Below the pieces are notes generated by a model. That model searched no databases and was not told the origin of the DNA. It saw only the letters and a program-made list of their open reading frames with translations. 64,000 bases of DNA from Candidatus Thorarchaeota archaeon (GTDB taxonomy: Archaea > Asgardarchaeota > Thorarchaeia > Thorarchaeales > Thorarchaeaceae). The position numbers and the translations under genes are program-made. The stretch covers positions 64,001 through 128,000 of the forward strand of contig DXJO01000008.1 of the NCBI GenBank assembly GCA_019057475.1, written 5' to 3'. This document shows, piece after piece, positions 31,243 to 40,894 of this stretch. Positions within the stretch are counted from its first letter, which is position 1. Every line of letters starts with the position of its first letter.

Positions 31243-33090
31243 TTACTTTCCTTTATTTGTTGACATGTAGGGGTCCTCATCAAAATCCATGTCGGTGTAA
31301 CCCTGGTCCTCCAGAAGATGTTCCACGGATTCCGCTCCCTTTGTCCATTTTACCTGCCACTGACCCTCTTCAGTCAGCCTGAGCTCCACATCAGGCAGGT
31401 CTCCCAGAAGGTTGTGATCCATCTCAATAACATCTTGGTACGCGCCTGTCAGGGCCAGAACGAAGTAGGAGTCCTGGACATTCTCCAAGACACCAACAGG
31501 GATTCCTTCCTCCATCCCTTCCTTTGGCAAGGTTAGCGGCCGGTCATCTCTTGTGAACAGCGGCACATCAGTGACCTTTCTGTGGAACTGAGATATCTCA
31601 CCGTCTGAGTCACAGGTAATATCTACCAAGCGCACAGTCGTTTCGGGTCTTACATGCAGGTCGCGAATAGGCACAATTGGGAAGTGTTGATGGACTAGAA
31701 CATAGTCTCCTACACTGTTGAACACACTGAAGTTGCCTATCACGATGTGCTCCGGATACCAGAAGCTTCTGGAAACAGAGCCCGATTTTAGTTGATTGAG
31801 TCCGTGCTTCTTCAGTTTCCTCCGAACTGCTGCTTCAAGCACGCCCACCAACATCTCGCTCTCGAAGATTCCTTTTAGGGTGCCAGAGGTTTCAGTGAGT
31901 TCCTTATGGAATTTATTCCACGATTTCGCCAACTCATCAGCAGAACTTGATTTCTCAATCCGATCAAGCCATTGGCGCTCAGCCCTTTCCATTGCTTTGC
32001 TTTCGTAATCCTTCCGGGGAGGAAATACTGACCTCAACTCAAGTGCTCTGACCAACACGAGTGAGCCCAAGGCAGTAATTCCCCTTCCTGACTCTATGAG
32101 AATGGTCGGCGAAATGCCTTGGTGCTGGCTCTCCTTGAGGATATCCTTGATTCCCTGAACAAGTGATAGGGCGTACAACTCCATCAGGTCTGAGCGATGG
32201 GCGCTAGTGTAGTCAATTGGTAACCCTCCTCCGAAGTCGATAGTATCCAAGCCAGAGAGGCCCCTGTCGCGGAGCTCCAGGAATACCCGTGTCATGAACT
32301 GTGCAAAGCCCCGAAAGCTCGCCACGTTGATTATCTGTGAACCAGCGTGGCCAAGGATAGTGGAAACAGAGGTCAAGAACCCAGTTTCCTTGAACAGCTC
32401 AATAACATCGAAGATATCATGGATGCTCATCCCAAACTTGGAGTCGCGCCCGGTCGAGTGTGACCAATGGCCTTCAAGAGTAAGATATGGTTTGAGCCGC
32501 AATACTAAATCAGTCATCTGTGGATTGAAGCGCTCGACAATCATCCTAGCCTCATGCAAAGATTCCACTGACACTGACATTGTGTAGCCATTATCAATGC
32601 ACTTCTGAATCATATCCAAATACTCTGGGTCTTTGGCACCATTGCAGACGATGCGTCTGTGCTTTTCATTTTTGGTCACGTTACAAACTAGAATCAACTC
32701 GGACTTGGTCCCAACCTCAAGGCCGTATTCTGTGTCTGCAGCCAGCACGGGCAACACGAAGTCCCGCCGCTGGTTTACCTTCACTGGATATACTGCATTG
32801 AATTTGCCTTCATAGTTCAATTGCTTGATGGCTGAAGCGAATGCAGTCTTTAGCTTCTTGACTTGAGAAATAATCAACTGAGGAAGTCGAAGAGTGAACG
32901 AGGATGTATAGCCAATGGTTTCTTCGGCATCTGATTTGGTTCGTCTGACAATTTCTGAGAAGGTTATGGTTGCCTCACCCATTCTTATGCAGAGCTCACC
33001 TTCTTCTGTAATGTCAAGAAAGTGCAAATCATTGCGGTCCAACCCGTAGACCAGTTTCGATTGACCGATAGTCCACTCTTCTTCTTTCAC
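31243..33090 (-). CDS. speA: PLP-dependent biosynthetic arginine decarboxylase
   Basis: YPVKVNQ (PLP Lys), CNG.KD, SKFG, HAGSQ, DFGGGL, ESGR, DITCDSDG, GAYQD. Confidence 0.88.
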   Translation of the reverse strand: MKEEEWTIGQSKLVYGLDRNDLHFLDITEEGELCIRMGEATITFSEIVRRTKSDAEETIGYTSSFTLRLPQLIISQVKKLKTAFASAIKQLNYEGKFNAVYPVKVNQRRDFVLPVLAADTEYGLEVGTKSELILVCNVTKNEKHRRIVCNGAKDPEYLDMIQKCIDNGYTMSVSVESLHEARMIVERFNPQMTDLVLRLKPYLTLEGHWSHSTGRDSKFGMSIHDIFDVIELFKETGFLTSVSTILGHAGSQIINVASFRGFAQFMTRVFLELRDRGLSGLDTIDFGGGLPIDYTSAHRSDLMELYALSLVQGIKDILKESQHQGISPTILIESGRGITALGSLVLVRALELRSVFPPRKDYESKAMERAERQWLDRIEKSSSADELAKSWNKFHKELTETSGTLKGIFESEMLVGVLEAAVRRKLKKHGLNQLKSGSVSRSFWYPEHIVIGNFSVFNSVGDYVLVHQHFPIVPIRDLHVRPETTVRLVDITCDSDGEISQFHRKVTDVPLFTRDDRPLTLPKEGMEEGIPVGVLENVQDSYFVLALTGAYQDVIEMDHNLLGDLPDVELRLTEEGQWQVKWTKGAESVEHLLEDQGYTDMDFDEDPYMSTNKGK

Positions 33091-33118
33091 TCAACCACCC
33101 CTGACGATGTGCTCTTCT

Positions 33119-34591
33119 TCAGGACTCGTCTTCTTTGATGGAATCAAGCATCCCTTGAAAAGCTCTAGCTAACTCACCGATCTCGTCGTCCTGTGAGATG
33201 TAGGTTGTATCAACCCTAAGGTCAATCGAGTCCAGACTTTCCTCCTTTATCATAGCTTCGACGTTTCTGGTTGCCAGATCCATGAGGTATTGCAGAGGTT
33301 TCGTAATCTGATTGGAGATCACGATGGCCACAGCTCCAGCTACTATGATTCCGCCCACGGTGATAGCCAGGATGAATGCCAATGCCTGCTGATTGGCCGC
33401 ATCGATTCTCTCTTCCAACGGTGGAATCGCGCTCAGCACTTCATCTTCAGGAACAACGATAACAACGATGTAGTTGCCTCTCTCCACGCTAGCGTACACT
33501 AGAAGATGGGTTTCACCATTTCTGGTGTAAGTTAGATTCCCCACTCCTCCTGATTGAACGCTTCTAATCTGCAGAAGCTGTGTGTCACTTAGAGCTTCAG
33601 TCGTATCGTTATTTATCTCCACTTCAGTCAATGGCATGAGAATCTCGTTCTCTACCCAAAACTCTGCGTAATCCTCTGGGGATAGTTCCGGATGGGCGAT
33701 GATTCCTCCTCCGGCCTTTTCGATGAGCGATGCATAGCCGCTCTCCAGGACCTGCACATCTAGAATCTTCTCGTTGATGTCTGCAACTGAGATGTCACCT
33801 GAGATGACGCCTATGATGGATCCATTGTCGTATCGCACGACTCTGCCGATGGATATGAGAAGAACCCCCTCGAATTCATCAAAGTACGGTTCGACATATG
33901 TTATGTCGGGACTTCCCGAGAGGATATCTATGTACCATGGCTGTGAGCTGGCAGAGTATGGGTGAATCGACCGATCAAGGATACTGCCTGGGTAGTTAAT
34001 GAAGAGGTCATTCGTGAATGCTAGGTAGAGCCATCGAAACTCAGGCATCTGCTGATGGATGCCCTGGAATATGAAGTCGAGATTAGAGGCTCGTCCAAGC
34101 TTCTCTGCATTCGCATCGGCAGTGTCATTATAGTTCACTTCGTCTGCGGATGGATGATACCAACTGCTGTAATTCCAAGAAACGCTGAGCCCGTAGCCAT
34201 CTTCGTAATGGGTATCATTGGGTTGTGGTCCTCCGGAGTTCTCAAAGAAGTAGTCATAGTATGCTTCTCGAGGTTGTACTGTGGAGTCGTCGCTGAATAT
34301 CTGTTCGCACTCTTCAGCCATTGCTCGAATCATCCCCTCCGCGCTAGCCAGCTTCTGGTTGATCACAAGTGCGTTCTTCTCTGCAGTGAGTTCCATGTTT
34401 CTGATTGCTTGTTCTCGCAAAGCCGTAGCGCTGAGCGAAGTAGTGTCATCCCCGATGTATGTCATGAATTGCTGGGACACCACACCAGTGACAGCTAGCG
34501 ATATCACTGAGATCAACACTAGTGAGATCACCACGCTCCTTCGGAAACTCCCTCTCTTCTTCGTAACGTTCTTTTTCTGTGCCATTTTCAT
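33119..34591 (-). CDS. Membrane sensor: TM-dCache-TM-HAMP with no output domain
   Basis: Two TM helices, Cache motifs PWY / PYFD / GVISGDI / GYASL...IIAHP, HAMP ITKPL...DEIGELARAF, ends about 12 aa later. Confidence 0.85.
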   Translation of the reverse strand: MKMAQKKNVTKKRGSFRRSVVISLVLISVISLAVTGVVSQQFMTYIGDDTTSLSATALREQAIRNMELTAEKNALVINQKLASAEGMIRAMAEECEQIFSDDSTVQPREAYYDYFFENSGGPQPNDTHYEDGYGLSVSWNYSSWYHPSADEVNYNDTADANAEKLGRASNLDFIFQGIHQQMPEFRWLYLAFTNDLFINYPGSILDRSIHPYSASSQPWYIDILSGSPDITYVEPYFDEFEGVLLISIGRVVRYDNGSIIGVISGDISVADINEKILDVQVLESGYASLIEKAGGGIIAHPELSPEDYAEFWVENEILMPLTEVEINNDTTEALSDTQLLQIRSVQSGGVGNLTYTRNGETHLLVYASVERGNYIVVIVVPEDEVLSAIPPLEERIDAANQQALAFILAITVGGIIVAGAVAIVISNQITKPLQYLMDLATRNVEAMIKEESLDSIDLRVDTTYISQDDEIGELARAFQGMLDSIKEDES

Positions 34592-34600
34592 ATCGCCCCC

Positions 34601-37468
34601 TCAGTAATCAACCGTGGTTCCTCCCACTTCCATCTGAGCCATAAGCACTCCAATCTCCTGGAACGCTCGCTCTATGTCACTACGTACGTCGCGACTATCG
34701 ACCACAGAGAGGTATTGTCCCTGTGGGATTCCCAAGCACACGGATTCTAGTAGCTCTTCGATTGTCAACCGCTGTCCGGTCTTGGGGGACCTGATTCTCT
34801 TCTTCGTGTCCACTGGTGCCCTGAGCTCCCCGCCCACACCTATTATGATTAAGTTCACATCTAGGTGGTTGTTCCTGACGTATCCCTCTATTGTGGATTT
34901 CCTGGTCTTCTTCAGACGCTGTTGAGGCGTGAATACCCCTTGGAGAGCATCAAGTGAGAAGTGCTTTGAGCTGTTGTCCTGGCCGTCAGTAAGGGCAATC
35001 ACCCATCTATGTTCGCTCGACTCCACTCTGTCAAGCTCGACAAGTGCCTTTCCAAGAGCATCGTAGAATGCTGTCGCGTTGTTGGGATGCCTTAGAGCAT
35101 CAAGTGTTCGATAGATTGGACTATCACGGGGGTTCTTGTATTCACCCTTCACGGTGAGTGGCAAAAGCTCGCGGAATCCAGAATTGAACACGATTATGCT
35201 CACTTCATCCTGCGGGTTAACCTGACTGTCAAGGATCTCCTTGGCTCCTGCAACAGCAGCCTTGATTCTATCCTGTGCTCGCATACTGCCTGAATAATCG
35301 ATGACGAAGATCACACTCTTCTTGAACATAATTGACCGTCTAAGCTTCTCAGCTTGCCGTCTCAGCTCGTGGCTTGGCTTATTCAGGTGGTCCAAGACCT
35401 CAGCAAGTGCATTCATGCTATGGACTGCCAACCAGTACTCCTCGACACTCTGAGCGAGTTGGATGGATGCATCAAACTCCTTTTGGGCTTTTTTCCATTT
35501 GCTTTGGTCTGCAAAGAGATCGCCCATGTGGTAGTGTATGTAAGCTAAAGCTCGCTCGTAGTTCTCTGCCTTGGCAATTTTCTGAGCCTCTTTAAATCGT
35601 GAGAGAGCCTGACTGTGGCGTCCTGCCTTGAACAAGTTGAGACCCATTGCATCGAAACGTCTAGCGAGTCCTCGATTGTTGCCGAGGGTACGGTCAATCG
35701 CTTCTGCATCTTCCAAGTACTTCATCGCCGCACCATAATCGCCGATGTCCATCTTAACAAGCGCCATGTTATGATACACCGATGCGATTCGGATCATTGC
35801 ATCCGATTCGTCAGTGGTATCTGACTTGGCTCGCTTGAGCATCCGATTGGCGATGGTTTGAGCCCGACCGTAGTGGTCTAGCGCATTGCCAGTGTCCCCT
35901 CGCTGTCTGAACACGTTGCCAATGTTCAGACTCATTGTCTGTTCCCCAATCTCAATCTTGAGCCTTCTACTGATCTCCAATAGGTTCTGGTAATTGGCTA
36001 GTGCTCGGTTCAAGTCGCCTCTGATGAATGCCTGGTTACCGAATCTACAGGCTTCCTGGAAACTAAGTAGGGCGTCTACAGTTGTTCCTATCTCCTCGAA
36101 CATCGCCCCTGTCACCGTGACTCCGCGTGTGAAGTCCTGTTTCGACATCTTCTCAACCATTTTGGTCATTTCATTGATTGGCTTGACCACGGCTCGTCCT
36201 CTTCTGTAGGATATGGCACCGACAACCACTGCCACAACAGCAAGGACTCCTCCCAGTGCTATCGTCAACAGAAGGGTTTCTTGCATCACAACGTTCAGTA
36301 TATTGTTGGCAGGTTCAATGACCTCGTCAGCAGGAACCACGATTGCAAGTGCGAAACCTGTGTTTGTCACATTGATGTGTGTGAGTATCCATGACTCTCC
36401 ATCCTTTGTGAACTCAGTACTCCCTTGTCCTGCAGTGAAAGCACTGCTAAGCACATCTTGGAAGTCTATTGCTTCCTGGCTTGCTTCAGAGTCAAATTCC
36501 AACTCGAAGATGCTTGGCTGATCCTCAGCAACAGTGTCCAAGTCTGGATGGGCCAAGACGGTACCGTCAGATGTAAGCAGGTACGCATATCCGCTATCAA
36601 GGACCTCTATATTCAGAACTTCAGATCGAATTGTTTCAACCGACACATCTGCAGAAACAACGCCAATCAGTGTGCCATTATCATACCTAACAGGTCTACC
36701 AAATGACAACACCCAGTCGGTGCTTGGATCGAAGTTCAGTGTGAATGTAATTTCCTCGTTCATGACTCCCTCGACATTGGTATACCAAGTCTCGACGTTA
36801 GGGTCATAGTCGTTAGCTGGGTCAAGCCATACTCCGGGGTCCTCCTGCTGAAAGTACCAGAGATCATCATATGGGTAGTTCCTCATCAAATGCTGGTCGG
36901 ATACTGCTGGGTCGAATCCCATGTACAGCCAGATGTAATCTGGATTCATCTTATGAAGTGCCCTGAATATGTTGACCATGTTTGAAGAGATATCTAGGGT
37001 ATTGGCCGTCTTGGGAGAGAGGTCGAATGGATCACTGTTGCGATAGTGCGGTCGCGGCATGTAGTAACAATCGACCGTAAATGATATTCTGTCCGAACCA
37101 TACTCCTCCCAGAGCTCCTCCATGTCAGGCACAACAAAACCTGATTGGAGGAATTCGAGCTGCCAATCCCAGTAATAGCTGTGCCGAGTTGTGGCATTGA
37201 TTTTCCCATTGAAGAGGTCCTCACAATACCTCTCCATCATGTAGACACCGTCCATGTAGCTCTGGGTTCTCTCCTCAATGTAGAGTCTAGTGTCATTTGA
37301 TATTCGAAGGAGATTCGCTAGTTCCTCCTCGTGAAGTGCATTAGCAGCATCGCCAGCATTGTCTTGTGACACATTAAAGATAGTTGTCGCTGATAACGCT
37401 GAGATAATGAGAATCGGTATCAACGATACCGTCACGAACGTTACAATGATTCGTCTGCTTATCTCCAT
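34601..37468 (-). CDS. Membrane sensor: TM-dCache-TM-HAMP-TPR-vWA
   Basis: Cache motifs (TWY, GVVSADV, GYAYL...LAHP), HAMP VKPI...EEIG, several TPRs, vWA MIDAS DYSGS / TAFYDAL / LTDG. Confidence 0.85.
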   Translation of the reverse strand: MEISRRIIVTFVTVSLIPILIISALSATTIFNVSQDNAGDAANALHEEELANLLRISNDTRLYIEERTQSYMDGVYMMERYCEDLFNGKINATTRHSYYWDWQLEFLQSGFVVPDMEELWEEYGSDRISFTVDCYYMPRPHYRNSDPFDLSPKTANTLDISSNMVNIFRALHKMNPDYIWLYMGFDPAVSDQHLMRNYPYDDLWYFQQEDPGVWLDPANDYDPNVETWYTNVEGVMNEEITFTLNFDPSTDWVLSFGRPVRYDNGTLIGVVSADVSVETIRSEVLNIEVLDSGYAYLLTSDGTVLAHPDLDTVAEDQPSIFELEFDSEASQEAIDFQDVLSSAFTAGQGSTEFTKDGESWILTHINVTNTGFALAIVVPADEVIEPANNILNVVMQETLLLTIALGGVLAVVAVVVGAISYRRGRAVVKPINEMTKMVEKMSKQDFTRGVTVTGAMFEEIGTTVDALLSFQEACRFGNQAFIRGDLNRALANYQNLLEISRRLKIEIGEQTMSLNIGNVFRQRGDTGNALDHYGRAQTIANRMLKRAKSDTTDESDAMIRIASVYHNMALVKMDIGDYGAAMKYLEDAEAIDRTLGNNRGLARRFDAMGLNLFKAGRHSQALSRFKEAQKIAKAENYERALAYIHYHMGDLFADQSKWKKAQKEFDASIQLAQSVEEYWLAVHSMNALAEVLDHLNKPSHELRRQAEKLRRSIMFKKSVIFVIDYSGSMRAQDRIKAAVAGAKEILDSQVNPQDEVSIIVFNSGFRELLPLTVKGEYKNPRDSPIYRTLDALRHPNNATAFYDALGKALVELDRVESSEHRWVIALTDGQDNSSKHFSLDALQGVFTPQQRLKKTRKSTIEGYVRNNHLDVNLIIIGVGGELRAPVDTKKRIRSPKTGQRLTIEELLESVCLGIPQGQYLSVVDSRDVRSDIERAFQEIGVLMAQMEVGGTTVDY

Positions 37469-37535
37469 CTATTTTCCTCCGAGCTATGATAATGCGTGCC
37501 TTTTTTTTCTGATTCCATTATGTCCCCTCCTAGTT

Positions 37536-38996
37536 CTAAACTGCCCAATGTTTCAGTTCCTTGTTTAGTCCAACCACGAATTCTCTGATGTCTTGACTCT
37601 TATCAAGAATAAACGAGTCGCCAATCAACTCGCCTTCAACCAAACCTTCTCCGAGAAGAATTAGCAGCGTTCTACGAAGAATCTGCCTGTCCACTCCGGT
37701 TTCCAGTTCAAGCATCTCGATATCTACGGTATTTTCGCCCCCGAGCACTTTGGCTACGGAAGTTCGCAACTTGTTTGGTGTAATCGGTTTCGCTTTCTTG
37801 AGCAACTTCAATTTGGTTCGTCCTGTCCGGACAAAGACATTGTCATCGAAGTGTCCCCTGATGATCTTCTTCTTTATCATCGTTTGAAGGCTTCGTCTAA
37901 GATTGTAAGCAGCTGGTTGTGCAAGCGTTCTCCTCAAGATTCGGTCCAATTCCTTCAGGGGAATTCGAGTGTGCTTTGATGTTATCGATTCAAGACTCTC
38001 TTGAAGAAACTCCTCAATCGCGTATTCATCGAGTATTTCCAGAGTCGCGCCGCAGGAATCACAGGTTGCTGCTTCTGGTGATGCATTTGCTCCGCAGTTA
38101 CCACACTTGATTGCTCGACGGTAGAGAATCGTTTTCGTGGATTCTATCTGTTGCAGTGTGATTCTTTCAGTCTTGGAAACCTCGGTTGTTTGTTCAACTT
38201 CCCAGAAACCTAGTCTTCGGTCACCCGTGCTCACCACTAAATACGCAATGTCGGACACATCATCCGGGGTGCCTGTTGCAATTGCCTTGGGTGTTGCCGA
38301 GAGCTCAATCCTGGCAACCTCGCGACCATCGAGGTCCCAGACTCTAAGATGAGTCGAATGATTGCCAGTCACAAACAGCCTTCTTTCTCCAAAGGCTAGA
38401 ACTCCGAACACAGTCACAGTCTCTCCAAGCTGAAACCGCTTCAGCTGGTATCCAGCTGACGTGAGTATCGTGATTGTGCCATTTCTCTCAGCGATGACCA
38501 CTTCGAGCTGGGAGTCGTTGGTGATATCTTCCAACCAGACATCGCAGAGCGGGCTATCCATAGTCCTACTAAACAGTGCCATCTTGTCATCGTTCCAGAG
38601 GATTACTCTTCGATTTTGAAGCGCAACCACAACTTCAGCTGCAGAATCCCCATCGACGTCTCTGGAGTCACAAGCAAGAATTGGGCTCTCTAGGTCAATG
38701 TTCCACATTGGTTGACCCCTACAGGTAACGACGAGAACCTTTTTCCCGACGCCCCCGACAAGCGCATCATCCCCTTCTCCTTCCACATCTGCAACAGCAA
38801 TACATCTGACCTTACTACTCCATTTTCTGGAAGCCCTGAGTGATCCACGAGTGTCGTAGACCCTTAATCGGTCTCCATAGTCGAGAGAGAAGACTTGTGA
38901 CCTTGCATCTGGTCTTTGTCTCACATACAAATTGTACGCGCCAGCAGAAGTAGCTACCTTCGCAACCGAGTGAATCCGCACTAAGCCAAGCACCAT
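37536..38996 (-). CDS. FG-GAP-like beta-propeller, zinc ribbon and tandem PCI-like winged helices
   Basis: Repeats DVEGEGDD, DVDGDSAAEVVV, DITNDSQLEVVI; CGNCG...CDSCG; IIRGHFD and LVEGELIG helix-wing ends. Confidence 0.65.
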   Translation of the reverse strand: MVLGLVRIHSVAKVATSAGAYNLYVRQRPDARSQVFSLDYGDRLRVYDTRGSLRASRKWSSKVRCIAVADVEGEGDDALVGGVGKKVLVVTCRGQPMWNIDLESPILACDSRDVDGDSAAEVVVALQNRRVILWNDDKMALFSRTMDSPLCDVWLEDITNDSQLEVVIAERNGTITILTSAGYQLKRFQLGETVTVFGVLAFGERRLFVTGNHSTHLRVWDLDGREVARIELSATPKAIATGTPDDVSDIAYLVVSTGDRRLGFWEVEQTTEVSKTERITLQQIESTKTILYRRAIKCGNCGANASPEAATCDSCGATLEILDEYAIEEFLQESLESITSKHTRIPLKELDRILRRTLAQPAAYNLRRSLQTMIKKKIIRGHFDDNVFVRTGRTKLKLLKKAKPITPNKLRTSVAKVLGGENTVDIEMLELETGVDRQILRRTLLILLGEGLVEGELIGDSFILDKSQDIREFVVGLNKELKHWAV

Positions 38997-39051
38997 CCTT
39001 GATGTTCTCGTGAAACGATATAAGTGTGCACTCCGAAAAGACCACCTTGTA

Positions 39052-40140
39052 ATGAGTCCTTCCCCTGAAGACTGCACCGTTGGTTTCGTATGGAGTGCCG
39101 AGTTTGAGAGATTCGACTTTGGTCGCAGACATCCAATTCGTGTCGGCCGCTTCCAGATGGCACATGATCTCGTTAGCGATGCGGGGTTCCTTGAACATCC
39201 TTCGGTTTGCCTAATTGATCCGATTCCACTATCAGATGAGATGCTTGTCCGGATTCATTCCGAGGAGTACATCAAACGAGTGAAGCAGATATCACTCACC
39301 GGACAAGGAGAGATTGACATCGACACGCCTGGATTCAAGGGAATCTATGAGTACGGTCAGCTGAGCTGTGGAGCCACATTGACAGGAGTCCGCGAAGTGG
39401 CCTCTGGGCGTCTCAATCACTTCCTCTCTCCAACGGGAGGGTTCCATCATGCGAAGTATGATTCCGGGGGCGGATTCTGCATCTTCAATGATGTCGCAGC
39501 TGCAGTGCTTGCACTGAAGGACATGGGTTTCGAAAGGGTTCTTGTTGCAGATTTCGACGTTCATCACGGGAACGGGACACAGACGTACTTCTATGAAGAC
39601 CCCGGCGTTATGGTTATTTCATTCCATGAAGACCCTGAGTGGATGTATCCTCACGATGGTCATATCGGGGATATTGGGGCTGGCAAGGGGCGCGGGTACA
39701 ACATCAATATGCACTTCCCGATGGATTCAGGTGACAGTGTCTACAGATATGCCTTTGATGAGCTGGTACCCTCTCTAGTTGAATTCTATCAGCCAGAGTT
39801 CATTCTGTTTCTTCCAGGATTCGATGCGCACTACAACGATCCGTTGGCACACATGAAGCTTACTACCAACATGATTCGGTATGTTGCTGAGTACATACAC
39901 AATGCAGCTCATACTTGGAGCGGGGGTCAACTTGGCGTTCTTTCGGCTGGGGGCTACGACGCTACTGCATTCGGATGGGGAATCGGGACCATCCTCTCAG
40001 TTCTCACAGGACTCAAGTACTCACCACCAAAACAAACACCTCCGTTTGATGATGATGAGGAAACTTGGGATATCGTTCGTTCCAACGTACGGGAGGTAAA
40101 GGAAATGGTCTTCCCCGCGCTAGGGGCAGACGTAATGTGA
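39052..40140 (+). CDS. Histone deacetylase superfamily protein (AcuC / acetylpolyamine amidohydrolase-like)
   Basis: HP...R, GGFHHA, GGFCIFND, DFDVHHGNGT, GFDAH..DPL, GGY. Confidence 0.92.
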   Translation: MSPSPEDCTVGFVWSAEFERFDFGRRHPIRVGRFQMAHDLVSDAGFLEHPSVCLIDPIPLSDEMLVRIHSEEYIKRVKQISLTGQGEIDIDTPGFKGIYEYGQLSCGATLTGVREVASGRLNHFLSPTGGFHHAKYDSGGGFCIFNDVAAAVLALKDMGFERVLVADFDVHHGNGTQTYFYEDPGVMVISFHEDPEWMYPHDGHIGDIGAGKGRGYNINMHFPMDSGDSVYRYAFDELVPSLVEFYQPEFILFLPGFDAHYNDPLAHMKLTTNMIRYVAEYIHNAAHTWSGGQLGVLSAGGYDATAFGWGIGTILSVLTGLKYSPPKQTPPFDDDEETWDIVRSNVREVKEMVFPALGADVM

Positions 40141-40219
40141 TCTCGTCAGTGGCTGTTGCATTTAGTGCTTGCCTTGCGCAAGAGAGAAATCCATGTATTG
40201 TCAATGATTCTCGATTGCA

Positions 40220-40876
40220 TTGCAGTGGAAGTATCGTGACAGAACACATGCTGGAGAAGTCCTAGCTGAGGAGCTGCTTCAACTTGAGCTGAATGTCCTG
40301 CCCTTGGTGCTTGCTGTACCCAACGGGGGAGTCGCAGTGGCTGTGCCAATCGCCCGGGCTCTAGGGGCAGAGCTGAATGTTGTGATTGTGAGAAAACTGC
40401 AAATCCCACACAACCCCGAGGCCGGTTTTAGTGCACTGACTTCCCTTGGCACACTGATACTGAACAAACCATTGGTGGCACGCCTAGGACTGACTGAAAA
40501 AGAGATAAATTCAGTGAAGAGAAAGACCGAGAGGCAGATTGAGGAGCGAAGAGAAACCTATGAAGGACTAGTTGGGCACACTGAGCCATTAGGCCGAGCT
40601 GTCATTCTCGTAGACGATGGGCTGGCTTCTGGCTACACTATGATGGCTGCAATCGATTCAGTTCGCGAGTTCCATCCCGATTCAGTCACAGTAGCAGTTC
40701 CAACTGCTCATGATAACTCAGCTAGGATGGTGGAGGCCGCTGTGGATAGATTGGTATGTCCCAGAATTGAAACTGGCTTTGTGTTCGCTGTTGCGAATGC
40801 GTATCAGAATTGGTATGATGTTTCGGACTCTGAGGTGATAGAAGTGCTGCGTCATGCTGCAGACGCAGTAACCTAG
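40220..40876 (+). CDS. Phosphoribosyltransferase family protein
   Basis: DR..AG, PNGG, VRKL, VILVDDGLASG. Confidence 0.88.
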   Translation: MQWKYRDRTHAGEVLAEELLQLELNVLPLVLAVPNGGVAVAVPIARALGAELNVVIVRKLQIPHNPEAGFSALTSLGTLILNKPLVARLGLTEKEINSVKRKTERQIEERRETYEGLVGHTEPLGRAVILVDDGLASGYTMMAAIDSVREFHPDSVTVAVPTAHDNSARMVEAAVDRLVCPRIETGFVFAVANAYQNWYDVSDSEVIEVLRHAADAVT

Positions 40877-40894
40877 CGTTTCTCGTACTGCATC

